A DNA stretch of 64,000 nucleotides from an uncultured Spirochaetota bacterium (GTDB lineage Bacteria > Spirochaetota > Brevinematia > Brevinematales > JAOACQ01): positions 512,001 through 576,000 of the forward strand of contig CAWIGG010000004.1 in assembly GCA_963835575.1 (NCBI GenBank), written 5' to 3'. The notes under the pieces were generated by a model. That model worked only from the letters and a program-made list of their open reading frames with translations. It made no database searches and was not told the DNA's origin. This document shows positions 30,514 to 41,215 of this stretch, one piece after another; within the stretch, counting starts at the first letter, position 1, and each line of letters opens with the position of its first letter. A program made the position numbers and the translations under genes.

Positions 30514-31635
30514 ATGAAACCAACGGCAAAACCGGTCATTACAAATTTTTCGTCGGGGCCTTGCGCGAAGCGGCCTGGATATAAACTTGAGAACCTTAAA
30601 GACGCTCCTTTGGGCAGGTCGCATAGAAGCTCGCTGGGTAAAGCCAAACTGCAGAAGGCAATCGAAGATACCAAGCGCATACTGGGGATTCCTAAGGATT
30701 ATCTGGTTGGTATTGTTCCGGCTTCCGATACCGGGGCCATGGAAATGGCTCTCTGGTCATTACTCGGACAGCGCGGAGTGGATGTGCTTTATTGGGAATC
30801 CTTCGGCAAGGAATGGGCGGATGACATTCAGAAACAGCTTAAGCTTCCCAATGTCCGTGTTTTTCAGGCCGAATACGGCAGGATCCCTGATCTGAAGCAG
30901 GCGGATTTCAAAAGTGATATTGTTTTTGTATGGAACGGCACTACCAGCGGAGTAAAAGTGCCCAACGGCGATTGGATTTCAGACAGCCGCGAAGGGTTGA
31001 CCATCTGCGATGCTACATCGGCGGTTTATGCCATGCCGGTTCCGTGGAATAAACTCGATGTCATAACATTTTCCTGGCAGAAAGTATTGGGCGGAGAAGC
31101 GGCGCATGGCATGCTTGTCCTTTCTCCACGCGCTGTAAAGCGCCTTGAAACTTATACTCCCGCTTGGCCTTTGCCTAAAATATTCCGCATGACAAAAAAG
31201 GGCGAAGTGATGAAGGAAATATTCGAAGGTTCGACGATAAATACGCCCTCAATGCTTTGCAATGAGGATTATCTGGACGCGCTGGCCTGGGCCGATAAGA
31301 TAGGCGGCCTGAAAGGGCTTATGGACAGGTCAAACTCGAATTTGGGCGTTTTTGAAAAATTTGTGGAGACTCATGGCTGGATCCATTTCCTGGCCGAGAC
31401 AAAAGAGATCCGCTCCAATACAAGCGTCTGTTTTAAAGTTGATTTAACGGAAGAACAGGTGAAAATTTTTGTGAAACTTCTGGGAAAAGAAGGCGTTGCC
31501 AATGACTGCGGCGCTTACCGCGACGCTCCGGCAGGTCTCAGGTTCTGGTGCGGAGCAACAGTGGAAAAATCGGATATTGAGGCTCTTTTACCCTGGCTTG
31601 AATGGGCTTATGAGGAAGCAAAAAAAGCGGGTTAG
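30514..31635 (+). CDS. serC: Phosphoserine aminotransferase (Methanosarcina/alphaproteobacterial type)
   Basis: [45 protein letters not shown]. Confidence 0.92.
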   Translation: MKPTAKPVITNFSSGPCAKRPGYKLENLKDAPLGRSHRSSLGKAKLQKAIEDTKRILGIPKDYLVGIVPASDTGAMEMALWSLLGQRGVDVLYWESFGKEWADDIQKQLKLPNVRVFQAEYGRIPDLKQADFKSDIVFVWNGTTSGVKVPNGDWISDSREGLTICDATSAVYAMPVPWNKLDVITFSWQKVLGGEAAHGMLVLSPRAVKRLETYTPAWPLPKIFRMTKKGEVMKEIFEGSTINTPSMLCNEDYLDALAWADKIGGLKGLMDRSNSNLGVFEKFVETHGWIHFLAETKEIRSNTSVCFKVDLTEEQVKIFVKLLGKEGVANDCGAYRDAPAGLRFWCGATVEKSDIEALLPWLEWAYEEAKKAG

Positions 31636-31645
31636 ATTTAATAGG

Positions 31646-31674
31646 AAAGGGGCATTAAAAATGTCCCTTTTTTT
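31646..31674 (+). terminator. Intrinsic terminator after serC
   Basis: AAAGGGGCAT-TAAAA-ATGTCCCTTTTTTT. Confidence 0.7.
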
Positions 31675-31717
31675 ATGGCTAAAATCTGAACAATTAAATT
31701 TTGTTTAACTGCCTCTG

Positions 31718-32851
31718 CTATTCACTTTTGTAATACTTGATTTTCCTTTTAATGAGGGAGATATATTTGCTTTGCACTTTTGCTAGATCCGGATCTGTAT
31801 CATAAGATTTTAGCGTTTGAGATATCCAGTTTCCTTCTTTATCGTATTCATATTTATATTGCCATAAGTGATATAATTTATCATTGTAATTAAAGAGTTT
31901 TTTTTCTGTTAAATTATTAAATTCATCATATTGGAAAGTATAACGCTCTTTTAATTCTCCCGATATTTCATATGTTATTTTTTCCGATAAATTTCCATTT
32001 GAAAAAACGCTTTTTCCTACCAGAATATTTGTATTATAAGAATATTCATTTAGCAAATTGAGATTGCCGTCTTTATCATAAATATAATCAATTTTAGTCC
32101 AATATTTCGGACTATAAGCGTATCTCACTTCTTCTTGTGCTATCCTGCCGCTATCATCATATATTTCTATGCGTCCTGCTTCATTTTCTACCGGCACACC
32201 GGCTTTTTCGGACAGCGAGTGTTCTTCTTTTTTCTTTAGACGATTATTATTGTAATAATAACGGTATTTCTTATTATTAACTCCTACCAGACGGATTTCT
32301 TCCTTTATTGAAAAATCATCATTATAGGTATATATGATTTTCTTGTCGGTATAATCAATAGTTCCATCCTTATTCATCCTGGTCCTGGCAACTTCCTGGC
32401 ATAAATCCTTAGTATTATAAGTAAACGCATATTTTTCATGAATGTCAAAATGAGTAAAAAAACCAAATATATCCGACCAGCCAGCGCCGGTTTTATAATC
32501 GATTTCAATTAAATTCCCTTTTTGATCATAGGAAAATAAATAATAGCCGTTTTTTGCAGATTCTCTTATTTTATTACCCTTTTGGTCAAACTCCATTTCC
32601 AGATCCCATGGATAAGTTTTTTCAATATTCACTATTTTTCCTTCTCTTTCTTCGGCACGGAAATAGGCTTCATGAATAAGTTTGACATTTCCAATTAATT
32701 TTTCGCTGTTCAAGCCGGGATTTGAGAGCGGGCCGGGAAGATTTAAATAATTGTCGATTGAGAACTCAGAAAATAGGGATGCGGAATGAGGATTAAAAAC
32801 AGACATGGTTATAATTATCCAAAAACAAAAAGAGATTTTCCTTTTCTTCAA
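31718..32851 (-). CDS. Exported protein with YD-like repeats
   Basis: Signal peptide; YDQKGNL, YDDSGRI, YDKDGNL, YDEFNNL, YDKEGNW. Confidence 0.65.
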   Translation of the reverse strand: MKKRKISFCFWIIITMSVFNPHSASLFSEFSIDNYLNLPGPLSNPGLNSEKLIGNVKLIHEAYFRAEEREGKIVNIEKTYPWDLEMEFDQKGNKIRESAKNGYYLFSYDQKGNLIEIDYKTGAGWSDIFGFFTHFDIHEKYAFTYNTKDLCQEVARTRMNKDGTIDYTDKKIIYTYNDDFSIKEEIRLVGVNNKKYRYYYNNNRLKKKEEHSLSEKAGVPVENEAGRIEIYDDSGRIAQEEVRYAYSPKYWTKIDYIYDKDGNLNLLNEYSYNTNILVGKSVFSNGNLSEKITYEISGELKERYTFQYDEFNNLTEKKLFNYNDKLYHLWQYKYEYDKEGNWISQTLKSYDTDPDLAKVQSKYISLIKRKIKYYKSE

Positions 32852-32915
32852 ATTTTCTCTCTTAATTAAATTTCTGATATTATAATAACACTCTGTTCTA
32901 TAATCAAAAAAAACA

Positions 32916-34901
32916 TTATAAATTTTTAAAATTGGAAAAAAATGTTGTTATTCCTTTTTTAAAACCATCCAGATCTTTAGATATCTTCGAGTAATCCAGA
33001 TCTTCCTGGGCTAAGATTTCCTTTGTCAGGTTATTGTCAATATTTAAATAATTTTCCAGTTTTAATATATGATTTATAAAATTTGCCTTATTATCAAGAT
33101 TCTCATGCCCTAATTCCTTTTTAAATTCAATTTCTTCAATGGGGGGAGCGATCGGCAGTGAAACCATTACATTCTGAATGTCTTTCAGATACTCAGCCGC
33201 TTTTTCCGGTTTATGATTGAGAGAATATTCTACCGTATAGAGAATAATCAAGCGGCAAACAAACCAATCTAAAAATTCCGGCAGGTGTTTTTTTTCCTCA
33301 GGAGAACAATAGTTAAAGTTATATTCCCTGTCATTGATCTCCCAGAAATCCTCCCTGGAATACTTCAATTCCCTGATCATAGTATAGATCCGCTCAAACC
33401 CGTTCGGGCGGTGCAGTTCTTCGAGCATATCAGAGTATATCTTTCTGGCCAGTTTGAATGCATCATTGGATTTTTCTTTAAGGTAATAAACGGCAAGCTG
33501 TATTTGAGCTTTACGGATTCCGCGGAGTGAGAGCTCCTTTTCACCCTCAATGGGCATATCAACAGTCAGGAATATATCCAGTATATCCGACCGTTTTTGC
33601 AATGAGCAGGCATAAGCCTTTTTATTGATATCGCACAGGTCATGGGCCGCTGTCTCCAGGATAAAGTCCATGCCCTTGGTTTCTTTAGCCAGAAGGCCGT
33701 AATATTTAAAATGGTTCACTACTTCGATGGAAAGGTTGTCTTCCTGCGCCTCAATGATTTTTTCAGTCAGTTTCCTGTATTGATTGAGAGTGTTAAAGCA
33801 GGTGCGGACATCGGATTCATTTATTGTCGCGCGCAGAAAGGTGTTGAAATACAAAATCATTTTCTTTAAAACAACAAGATTCTTTGTCTCCAGGGCCTTG
33901 CTGCCGAGTATGTAAAGCGAATTTGCTATATAGTTGCAGATTGTCCGGTCATTATTTATTGATGAGCGGAAGAGTGTTTCAAATTGCTTTAAAATCTTGT
34001 CCTCAACCCAATAACGGGAATTACCGACAGGCCCGCCGCTTTCTTCCGCAAAGGTTATAAAACTGACATCCATTTTTACTGAAATTGTTGGGACATGCCA
34101 TGATTCGGGAAGAGGCCGTATATGCTGAAGTTTGATATAATTCGCCAGTATATAGCGCAGTGATCGGAGGCATTCGATGGCGAGTATCTGGTCTTTGTTT
34201 TGGATGCAGTTGAGAGTTATATCGGTGAGCTGATTGATGCCGTTAATATAATTCTTATGCAGTTTTATTAAGAGACGCTCCTTTTTCCGGGCTGCCGGCT
34301 GTTTGAGTTGATAACCTTTTAAAATATTTATGAAAGTTTCTTTTTCTATATTGTAGATAATATTGCTGGGCTGGATAAAACGGAAAATAAAAACAAAATA
34401 AGGGAATATGCTGATCAGTAAAAGACTGACAAGTATGAATGATATAAAGAGGCTTATTTTAGGCATTATTTGCGCCGCATCGCCGATATAGAGCAGCATT
34501 ATGACGGAAACTGTTGTAACAGACGCGAATGTCATAAAAAAGAGATTGATCCGGTTGGCGATAAAAAGGTCGACGATTTTTGTTGTATACCTGTTGGCAG
34601 CCATCTGCACGACAAAAGCTACGACAGTCATGAGCAGAGCAATGACTCCGATCATCATGCCGCCGAACGCGTTTCCGAAAACATCTGAAAGAGTTTGATT
34701 ATTGGGATTTAAAAAGGCGGTCAAAATTTTATTAATACTAAATCCATCTGCCAGTATGATTATCAATACAAAAATAAAAAGGAATAAAATAGAAAGCGCG
34801 AAAGAGATTATGATAAACTTGAAATCAACCAGATTGAAAACATTTTTTTTATGATAAAAACCAAAGGACGCTTCGATGTTTTTTGAGGTATTGTGTTTCA
34901 T
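32916..34901 (-). CDS. Membrane protein (DUF2254-like)
   Basis: VVQMAANRYT, several TM helices, long helical C-terminus. Confidence 0.65.
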   Translation of the reverse strand: MKHNTSKNIEASFGFYHKKNVFNLVDFKFIIISFALSILFLFIFVLIIILADGFSINKILTAFLNPNNQTLSDVFGNAFGGMMIGVIALLMTVVAFVVQMAANRYTTKIVDLFIANRINLFFMTFASVTTVSVIMLLYIGDAAQIMPKISLFISFILVSLLLISIFPYFVFIFRFIQPSNIIYNIEKETFINILKGYQLKQPAARKKERLLIKLHKNYINGINQLTDITLNCIQNKDQILAIECLRSLRYILANYIKLQHIRPLPESWHVPTISVKMDVSFITFAEESGGPVGNSRYWVEDKILKQFETLFRSSINNDRTICNYIANSLYILGSKALETKNLVVLKKMILYFNTFLRATINESDVRTCFNTLNQYRKLTEKIIEAQEDNLSIEVVNHFKYYGLLAKETKGMDFILETAAHDLCDINKKAYACSLQKRSDILDIFLTVDMPIEGEKELSLRGIRKAQIQLAVYYLKEKSNDAFKLARKIYSDMLEELHRPNGFERIYTMIRELKYSREDFWEINDREYNFNYCSPEEKKHLPEFLDWFVCRLIILYTVEYSLNHKPEKAAEYLKDIQNVMVSLPIAPPIEEIEFKKELGHENLDNKANFINHILKLENYLNIDNNLTKEILAQEDLDYSKISKDLDGFKKGITTFFSNFKNL

Positions 34902-35207
34902 GCCGGCCTCTCGAGTTAATATGAAAACTTAGAATTATTAAGAATGATAGTTTTTAGAATATTTTTAATTCTTAGATATTATTATAGATAGAAGAACAGA
35001 CGCTGTAAAGAATTCTTTTATTGTATCAGAAAAAAGCCAAAATTGAGCGGTTTTTGTATAAGATTAATAAAAGTCTCAATTATATATGCTTTGGATAAAA
35101 AAACCGTTCAATTCAGGTAATAATATTTATGACAACTAATTAAAAATATATTGAATAATTTTTAATTTTAAATATAATAGAAAAGTAAAAAATAAGAGGA
35201 GGCATAT

Positions 35208-35720
35208 ATGGTGGAAATTATTTATTTGTTTGTCGCGCTTATTGTGGTTATTATTGTCGCGCTGCTTTTAATCCTTTTCATTACCGCGGTTATCAATACG
35301 CTGCTGATTAAGGAAAAGGGAATACTTGAAAAAAATAATGTAGCTGTGGCTGTTCTTACGGCTTCCATTATCATCTCAACAGCGATGCTTTGCTCCGATT
35401 CTCTGGCGACGGCCCTTTCTTCCATAAAGAACGCCATCATAGGCCATATGGGAAGCGCTTATATTATAAAAGCAAGCGTTATCGGCCTTATACTGCTTGT
35501 ATTGGCTGTTATATTTGCGCTGGTCATCGCGTTTTTATCGGTTAAGCTTTATGATTTTATGACCCCGAATACTGATGAAATGGATGAAATCGTAAAGAAG
35601 AGCAATGTGTCCTTCGGCATTTTGATGGGCACTATTGTCATAGCGTTAACTATTTTTATCCGGAGCCCGTTTACGGACCTGCTCCTGAGGATCGCCAGGC
35701 CGTTATTTGAGGGGAAATGA
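35208..35720 (+). CDS. Membrane protein (DUF350-like)
   Basis: Duplicated NVAVAV / DEIVKKSNVSFGI pattern; GAGGAGG RBS. Confidence 0.65.
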   Translation: MVEIIYLFVALIVVIIVALLLILFITAVINTLLIKEKGILEKNNVAVAVLTASIIISTAMLCSDSLATALSSIKNAIIGHMGSAYIIKASVIGLILLVLAVIFALVIAFLSVKLYDFMTPNTDEMDEIVKKSNVSFGILMGTIVIALTIFIRSPFTDLLLRIARPLFEGK

Positions 35721-35776
35721 CACGGTCGTATTTAAATAAGACTTATTCAGGCTTTGGAAAGAATAAGGAGTCTGTT

Positions 35777-36433
35777 ATGAATAATATAATTAGAACAATA
35801 ATTTTTGCCGGGTTTATAATGCTTTGCGGCTTGATTTACGGCGCTCATAATGAAAACACTCAGGATTTCAGCGCAGTCGGCCCGGAAGGCATTCCCATGC
35901 TGATGGAGTTCGCGAAATACACCGATCCGAAAGATATTGACGCCCGGACAAAGGCGATAGCCAGGCTGGGTGAATTGAAGGCCGAAAAAGCCGTGCCGGT
36001 TATCATAGAAGCCCTTGGCGCCGGCCGTGAAACAATGGTTGAAGTCAAGGACCCTTTCTGGAGGGTGAGAATGAACGCCGCGACAGCCCTGGGTGATATC
36101 GGCACGGATGACGCGGTCATTCCTTTGAAGGACGCAGCCAGGCTTGACCGGAACGCGGTTGTTCAGCGCGCCGCCATACAGAGCCTCGGCAGGATGGGCG
36201 AAAAAGCGCGGACAAAGCTTGTTCTTGAGAATCTTTTTAAACTGCTGGAGCAGACCCAGGACAGCAGTCTGGCGAATGACATATGCTGGGCCCTGGGGAA
36301 AATCGGGGATAAAAAGGCTATGCCCTACCTCATGAAAGTGGACCAGCGGGAATATCTGCAGGTGGTCAAGCAGACGGCAAAAACCGCGATATCTGAATTG
36401 AAGTGGGACAAGGAGTCGGCGATTCCGGATTAA
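35777..36433 (+). CDS. Exported HEAT-repeat protein
   Basis: RTKAIARLGEL, WRVRMNAATALGDIG, VQRAAIQSLG. Confidence 0.85.
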   Translation: MNNIIRTIIFAGFIMLCGLIYGAHNENTQDFSAVGPEGIPMLMEFAKYTDPKDIDARTKAIARLGELKAEKAVPVIIEALGAGRETMVEVKDPFWRVRMNAATALGDIGTDDAVIPLKDAARLDRNAVVQRAAIQSLGRMGEKARTKLVLENLFKLLEQTQDSSLANDICWALGKIGDKKAMPYLMKVDQREYLQVVKQTAKTAISELKWDKESAIPD

Positions 36434-36439
36434 GCCCTT

Positions 36440-36545
36440 TATAATAAGATTCCTTTTTATAGCATCCGATTATCCACGCGGATTGACGCGGATTAAGCGG
36501 ATTTTCGCAGATTTATTTGTAATAGATCAAATAAATTGCTTTAAA
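36440..36545. repeat. Left boundary repeat L1
   Basis: 36440-36504 is the inverted complement of 41026-41090 (52/65 ungapped). Confidence 0.8.
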
Positions 36546-36607
36546 TCAACCGATAATAAATTTGGCATTTAATTAACTGCATGCTATATTACTTATAAGG
36601 ATAATAT

Positions 36608-37165
36608 ATGATACCTTATCAAAAAGAAAAAATTGACAATGCCATCTGTTATTTTGCTAAAGAGTATAAAACAAAAGCAAGAAGATATCTGCCGCAAACC
36701 ATGCTTTATAAATTGCTTGCTTTTCTTGATATGGAAAGTGTTAAGGAAATAGGAATGCCGGTGCTTGGTCTTGATTATCTTGCGATGGAACGAGGTCCTG
36801 TACCTCCTGAAATTTACAATAAAAAACAGGAAACCGCTCTATATAAATTTGTGCCTGTTGGAGACAAAAAGTACGATGTTATCTGCAAAGGCAAACCGAA
36901 TCTGGATTATTTCTCCGATTATGAATTAGAAAAGATGGAAAGATTGATATTCATTCATGCTAATGCGGCAGTTAATACAAAACTTACAAGCCAGGCCAGT
37001 CATGATGAATTACCGGCATGGAAAAAAGCTTATAAGAAAAAACCTGATAGTAAAATTGATTTTGAAGATATGTTTGAAGAGAATCTCAAAGATAAAAGTC
37101 CGGAAAAACTATCGGCCGCAGAAGAACATTTTTTAATTCAAAAAGCAATCCTTGGACATAGGTAA
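36608..37165 (+). CDS. Panacea (DUF4065/SocA-like) antitoxin
   Basis: LYKLLAFLD, YLAMERGPVP, SHDELPAWK. Confidence 0.82.
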   Translation: MIPYQKEKIDNAICYFAKEYKTKARRYLPQTMLYKLLAFLDMESVKEIGMPVLGLDYLAMERGPVPPEIYNKKQETALYKFVPVGDKKYDVICKGKPNLDYFSDYELEKMERLIFIHANAAVNTKLTSQASHDELPAWKKAYKKKPDSKIDFEDMFEENLKDKSPEKLSAAEEHFLIQKAILGHR

Positions 37166-37606
37166 ATGCAGGCGGGAACTGTCTTAAAATGGATAGATTT
37201 TCCCGAACCAATAGATGGGGAAATAAAACCAAGATGGTTTGTTTGTCTGGGAAGATCCTCAAGTTTATTCCCACCAGTATGTTATTATATTTGTACTACC
37301 ACAACTCAGATTTATCATTATGAATCGGGCGGGGATAGAGCACATCATCAGAATATCAGATTTAGAAAAAATGAATTCGAATTTGAGGATGATTGTGTTC
37401 TTGATCTGGAAAGTTATTACTATAAATCTGAAGAGTCGATAAAATTGAATGAAAATAATATACAGATTAAAGGGCTTCTTGAAAGGCAAATAATGATTCA
37501 AATTTATAATAAGATACTTAAATCAAAATGTTATTCAAAGATAATCAAGCAGGATATTCATTTCTCTTTTAATGAAGCTGGAATTACCGGCTTAAAAACC
37601 CCGTAA
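37166..37606 (+). CDS. Putative toxin, possibly PemK/MazF-like
   Basis: Abuts the Panacea stop (TAA-ATG); GTVLKWIDF...KPRWFVCL...ICTTT. Confidence 0.5.
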   Translation: MQAGTVLKWIDFPEPIDGEIKPRWFVCLGRSSSLFPPVCYYICTTTTQIYHYESGGDRAHHQNIRFRKNEFEFEDDCVLDLESYYYKSEESIKLNENNIQIKGLLERQIMIQIYNKILKSKCYSKIIKQDIHFSFNEAGITGLKTP

Positions 37607-37704
37607 ACATCTTATTTATTTTACCTTTATTGCGATTTTCCCGCCTATTAAATATAATTTCTTATCGATAAATAGGGGAATTGTATAAGTAAGCGATATA
37701 AAAA

Positions 37705-40700
37705 ATGTTGAAAGAATACGTTAAGAATCTATTTAAAACTTTTTCCCATGGCGACGCCAGAGAAGAAAGCTATTACGAGCACCTTGCCGGTCTATTGAGG
37801 ATTATCTCGGAAGAAAAGAAAATTAAAAATATAGATGTGACAATTTTGCCGAAAAAAACCGAAGCGGGAAATCCGGATTTCCGTGTTTGGGATGGAAAGA
37901 CCCGCATTACCGGTTATATCGAAGCCAAAGACCCTTCAAAAACAGACCTTGATTCAATTGAGGATTCGGAACAGTTGAAACGCTACCGAAATACATTTCC
38001 AAATGTCATTCTGACCAATTTTTTTGAATTCCGACTGTATCGGGATGGAATATTGATTGACAGTATAAATATTGCCAGACATAAAATCCCGTTTGAACTT
38101 GGCACGGCGCCTCCCGTTGAAAAGGAAGACAAATTCATCGAACTTCTGGATAAATTTTTCTCCTATTCAATTCCCAATGTCAGCAGCGCGAAATCACTGG
38201 CGGAGGAACTGGCGAAAAGGACAAGATTCCTCCGCGATGAGGTGATCGCGGTCGAACTGGAAGAAGAAGCGAAGAATGGGAAAAAGAACATATTCGGGTT
38301 TTATGAGGCATTTAAAAAATACCTGATCGGCGACAGCCTTACCATTCTGCAGTTCGCAGACCTGTATGCCCAGACGATCACATACGGCCTCTTCGCGGCG
38401 CGCACAAGGGCGGACGGCAGTTTCAACCGCGAACTCGCCTATAAATACATTCCGAAAACAATCGGCATATTAAAGGATATATTCAAATTTATATCGCTGG
38501 AAGAACCGCCGAAACCATTAGAGATCATCGTGGACGATATAGCTGAAATTCTTAATGTCACAGATGTCAAAAAGATTCTGCGGGATTATTACCGGGAAGG
38601 TAAAGGCGGCGACCCGGTGGTACATTTTTACGAGACCTTTCTTGCCGATTATGACCCGGCCATGCGCGAAAAACGGGGCGTTTATTATACGCCGGAACCG
38701 GTCGTTAAATACATAGTGCGTTCAGTCCATCAGATATTAAAGACGGAATTCGGCCTTAATGATGGATTGGCAAGCAGGGAAGTAACACTTCTTGATCCCG
38801 CGGCGGGGACTCTGACATTTCCCGCGGAAGCCCTAAAATGCGCGGTGGATGAATACGTTTCAAAATACGGGGCCGGTGGAAAAACAAACCTGATTAGAAA
38901 TCAAATACTTCCAAATTATTACGCCTTCGAGCTGATGATGGCCCCCTATGCCATCGGCCACCTGAAGATAAGCTTTCTGCTTGAGGAACTGGGTTACAGC
39001 CTCGGCGACGAGGAGCGGTTTAACCTGTACCTGACCAATACGCTTGAGACAAAAGAACTGGACGCGGCGAACCTGCCGGGATTGAGTTCTTTAAGCGAGG
39101 AAAGCCATCTGGCGGGGAAGATTAAAAAGGAACAGCCGATTTTAGTCATTATGGGAAACCCGCCTTACAGCGGAATATCGTCGAACATAAACGAATGGAC
39201 AGAAAAGCTTTTGAAGACGAATTTAGACGGCGCGCAAAGCTATTACGAAGTCGACGGGAAACCGCTCGGTGAGAAAAAAGTATGGCTTCAGGATGATTAC
39301 GTCAAATTCCTGCGCTTCGCGCAGTGGAAAATCCAGAAGGCCGGTTTCGGCATCGCCGGTATGATCACCAACCATAGCTATCTGGACAACCCCACGTTCC
39401 GGGGAATGCGCCAGAGCCTGATGAAAACCTTTAACGAAATTTATATTATTGACCTGCACGGCAACAGCCTGAAAAAAGAGGCATGTCCAGACGGCTCAAA
39501 AGACGAGAATGTGTTCGATATTAAGCAGGGCGTGGCCATAGCCCTCTTTGTGAAACAGAAAGATAAGAAAGGGTGCAAAGTATTTCATCTTGATCAATAC
39601 GGCTTGCGGGAAGAAAAATACAGCTGGCTGGAAAATACGGGGTTCAAACGTGGAAGCTATAAAGAAATTAAACCCGAATCACCATGGTATTTCTTTGTGC
39701 CCCGCGATACGGAAAAGATAGCCAATTTCCTTAAATGGGAAAAAATAAATGATATTTTTCCCGTAAATGTTACCGGTATAGTGACAGCAAGGGATAGTTT
39801 TGTAATTGATTTTGAAAAATATTCATTACAAAATAAAATAATGCAATTTAAAAACAAATCAATTTCAGATGATGAGATTAGGGAAGCATTTAAACTGAAA
39901 GATACACGTGGCTGGAAACTATCAAAAGCAAGAAAAGAGCTTTTCACTGATATAAAATGGGATAAGTATTTTCAAAAAATATTATATCGTCCCTTTGATA
40001 TTAGAGACATTTATTATACCCCAAATATGGTTGATTGGGGCCGCCCTGAATTCATGCGCCACATGCTTAAGGAAAATGTTGGTTTAATTATTCCTCGTCA
40101 ATTCAAAGAAGAACCTGGAGCTTTTATTACTGAACATATTATTGGGCATAAAACGGTTAGCGCTTATGATATCAATTATATATTTCCACTATATTTATAT
40201 AAAAAGGATGATTCTGATAACGGTTCCGAACAGGAGCTTACTTTTGACCAATCGGAAGAATACGACAGTCTGAACCGCAAGCCGAATATTTCAAACGGAA
40301 TTTACCGGAAGCTTGAAACGATTTATAAAACAAAACTTACGCCCGAAGATATCCTTTATTATATTTACGGGATATTTTACAGCAACACTTACCGGGAAAA
40401 GTATGCCGAGTTTCTCCGTATAGATTTCCCGCGGGTACCGTTCACGTCCGATTATAAGCTTTTTAAACAAATGTTTGGGTATGGACAAAGTCTTGCTGAA
40501 CTGCATCTTTTGAAAAGCAATATGCTGGATAACCCCGTCTCAAAATATCAGGGCACAGACGGCAGCGACAGAATTGAAAAAATCGCTTACGATGAAAAGA
40601 CGCGGCGGGTTTATATCAATCAGGATAAATATTTTGACGATATTTCACCGGAATTATGGAATTACCAAATCGGCGGCTATCAGGTGCTGGAGAAGTATTT

Positions 40701-40839
40701 AAAGGACCGAAAAGGCCGGATGATGAACAACCCGCGGTATTACTGCCTGATTGTATCAGCGATAAGTAAAACGATTGAAATACAGAAAAAGATTGACGGG
40801 ATTTATAACAGAGTGGAAGAGAAGTTGATAGAATTTTGA
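37705..40839 (+). CDS. Single-chain restriction-modification enzyme (PD-(D/E)xK + N6-adenine MTase + type ISP-like specificity domain)
   Basis: GNPDF...YIEAK, GVYYTP, LDPAAGT, GNPPY, YRPFD, DFPRVP, YQIGGYQVLEKYLKDRK; no helicase motifs seen. Confidence 0.85.
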   Translation: MLKEYVKNLFKTFSHGDAREESYYEHLAGLLRIISEEKKIKNIDVTILPKKTEAGNPDFRVWDGKTRITGYIEAKDPSKTDLDSIEDSEQLKRYRNTFPNVILTNFFEFRLYRDGILIDSINIARHKIPFELGTAPPVEKEDKFIELLDKFFSYSIPNVSSAKSLAEELAKRTRFLRDEVIAVELEEEAKNGKKNIFGFYEAFKKYLIGDSLTILQFADLYAQTITYGLFAARTRADGSFNRELAYKYIPKTIGILKDIFKFISLEEPPKPLEIIVDDIAEILNVTDVKKILRDYYREGKGGDPVVHFYETFLADYDPAMREKRGVYYTPEPVVKYIVRSVHQILKTEFGLNDGLASREVTLLDPAAGTLTFPAEALKCAVDEYVSKYGAGGKTNLIRNQILPNYYAFELMMAPYAIGHLKISFLLEELGYSLGDEERFNLYLTNTLETKELDAANLPGLSSLSEESHLAGKIKKEQPILVIMGNPPYSGISSNINEWTEKLLKTNLDGAQSYYEVDGKPLGEKKVWLQDDYVKFLRFAQWKIQKAGFGIAGMITNHSYLDNPTFRGMRQSLMKTFNEIYIIDLHGNSLKKEACPDGSKDENVFDIKQGVAIALFVKQKDKKGCKVFHLDQYGLREEKYSWLENTGFKRGSYKEIKPESPWYFFVPRDTEKIANFLKWEKINDIFPVNVTGIVTARDSFVIDFEKYSLQNKIMQFKNKSISDDEIREAFKLKDTRGWKLSKARKELFTDIKWDKYFQKILYRPFDIRDIYYTPNMVDWGRPEFMRHMLKENVGLIIPRQFKEEPGAFITEHIIGHKTVSAYDINYIFPLYLYKKDDSDNGSEQELTFDQSEEYDSLNRKPNISNGIYRKLETIYKTKLTPEDILYYIYGIFYSNTYREKYAEFLRIDFPRVPFTSDYKLFKQMFGYGQSLAELHLLKSNMLDNPVSKYQGTDGSDRIEKIAYDEKTRRVYINQDKYFDDISPELWNYQIGGYQVLEKYLKDRKGRMMNNPRYYCLIVSAISKTIEIQKKIDGIYNRVEEKLIEF

Positions 40840-40841
40840 AC

Positions 40842-40898
40842 AATCCTGAAAATCCTCTTAAATCCTGTCAATCCTGCTCAATTGGGTTCTACTAAACC
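40842..40898. repeat. Variant right boundary repeat directly after the R-M gene
   Basis: Four AATCCT units followed by AATTGGGTT, as in 49928-49974. Confidence 0.7.
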
Positions 40899-41025
40899 GG
40901 TTCAATTATATTATCCGATATTCTTTATAAAAATCTTCTGTCTACCGGGTCCCTCGGAATCCTGCTCCTATAAGTCAAACACCGAGTAAATTAAAAAGGC
41001 AGCTTTGAGAAAAACTAAATCCTAT

Positions 41026-41090
41026 AAATCCGCTCAATCCGTGAAAAGCCGCGTGAAAAATCGGATATTATAAACAGGAATACTAATATA
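41026..41090. repeat. Right boundary repeat R1
   Basis: Inverted partner of 36440-36504. Confidence 0.8.
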
Positions 41091-41215
41091 CAATACTTTA
41101 ATATGATAATTAAGCATAATTGAACATCAATTCCTCCCACCTTTTTTAATACCGCGCTTGAATTTTATTTTAAGGTATTATATACTTCTATTCAATAGTA
41201 ATAGGTGGAATAAAT

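Noticed and set aside
36440..41090. Classical integron attC sites or composite transposon
   Set aside because: No RYYYAAC/GTTRRRY self-contained hairpins between genes, no integrase or transposase, no target duplication seen.
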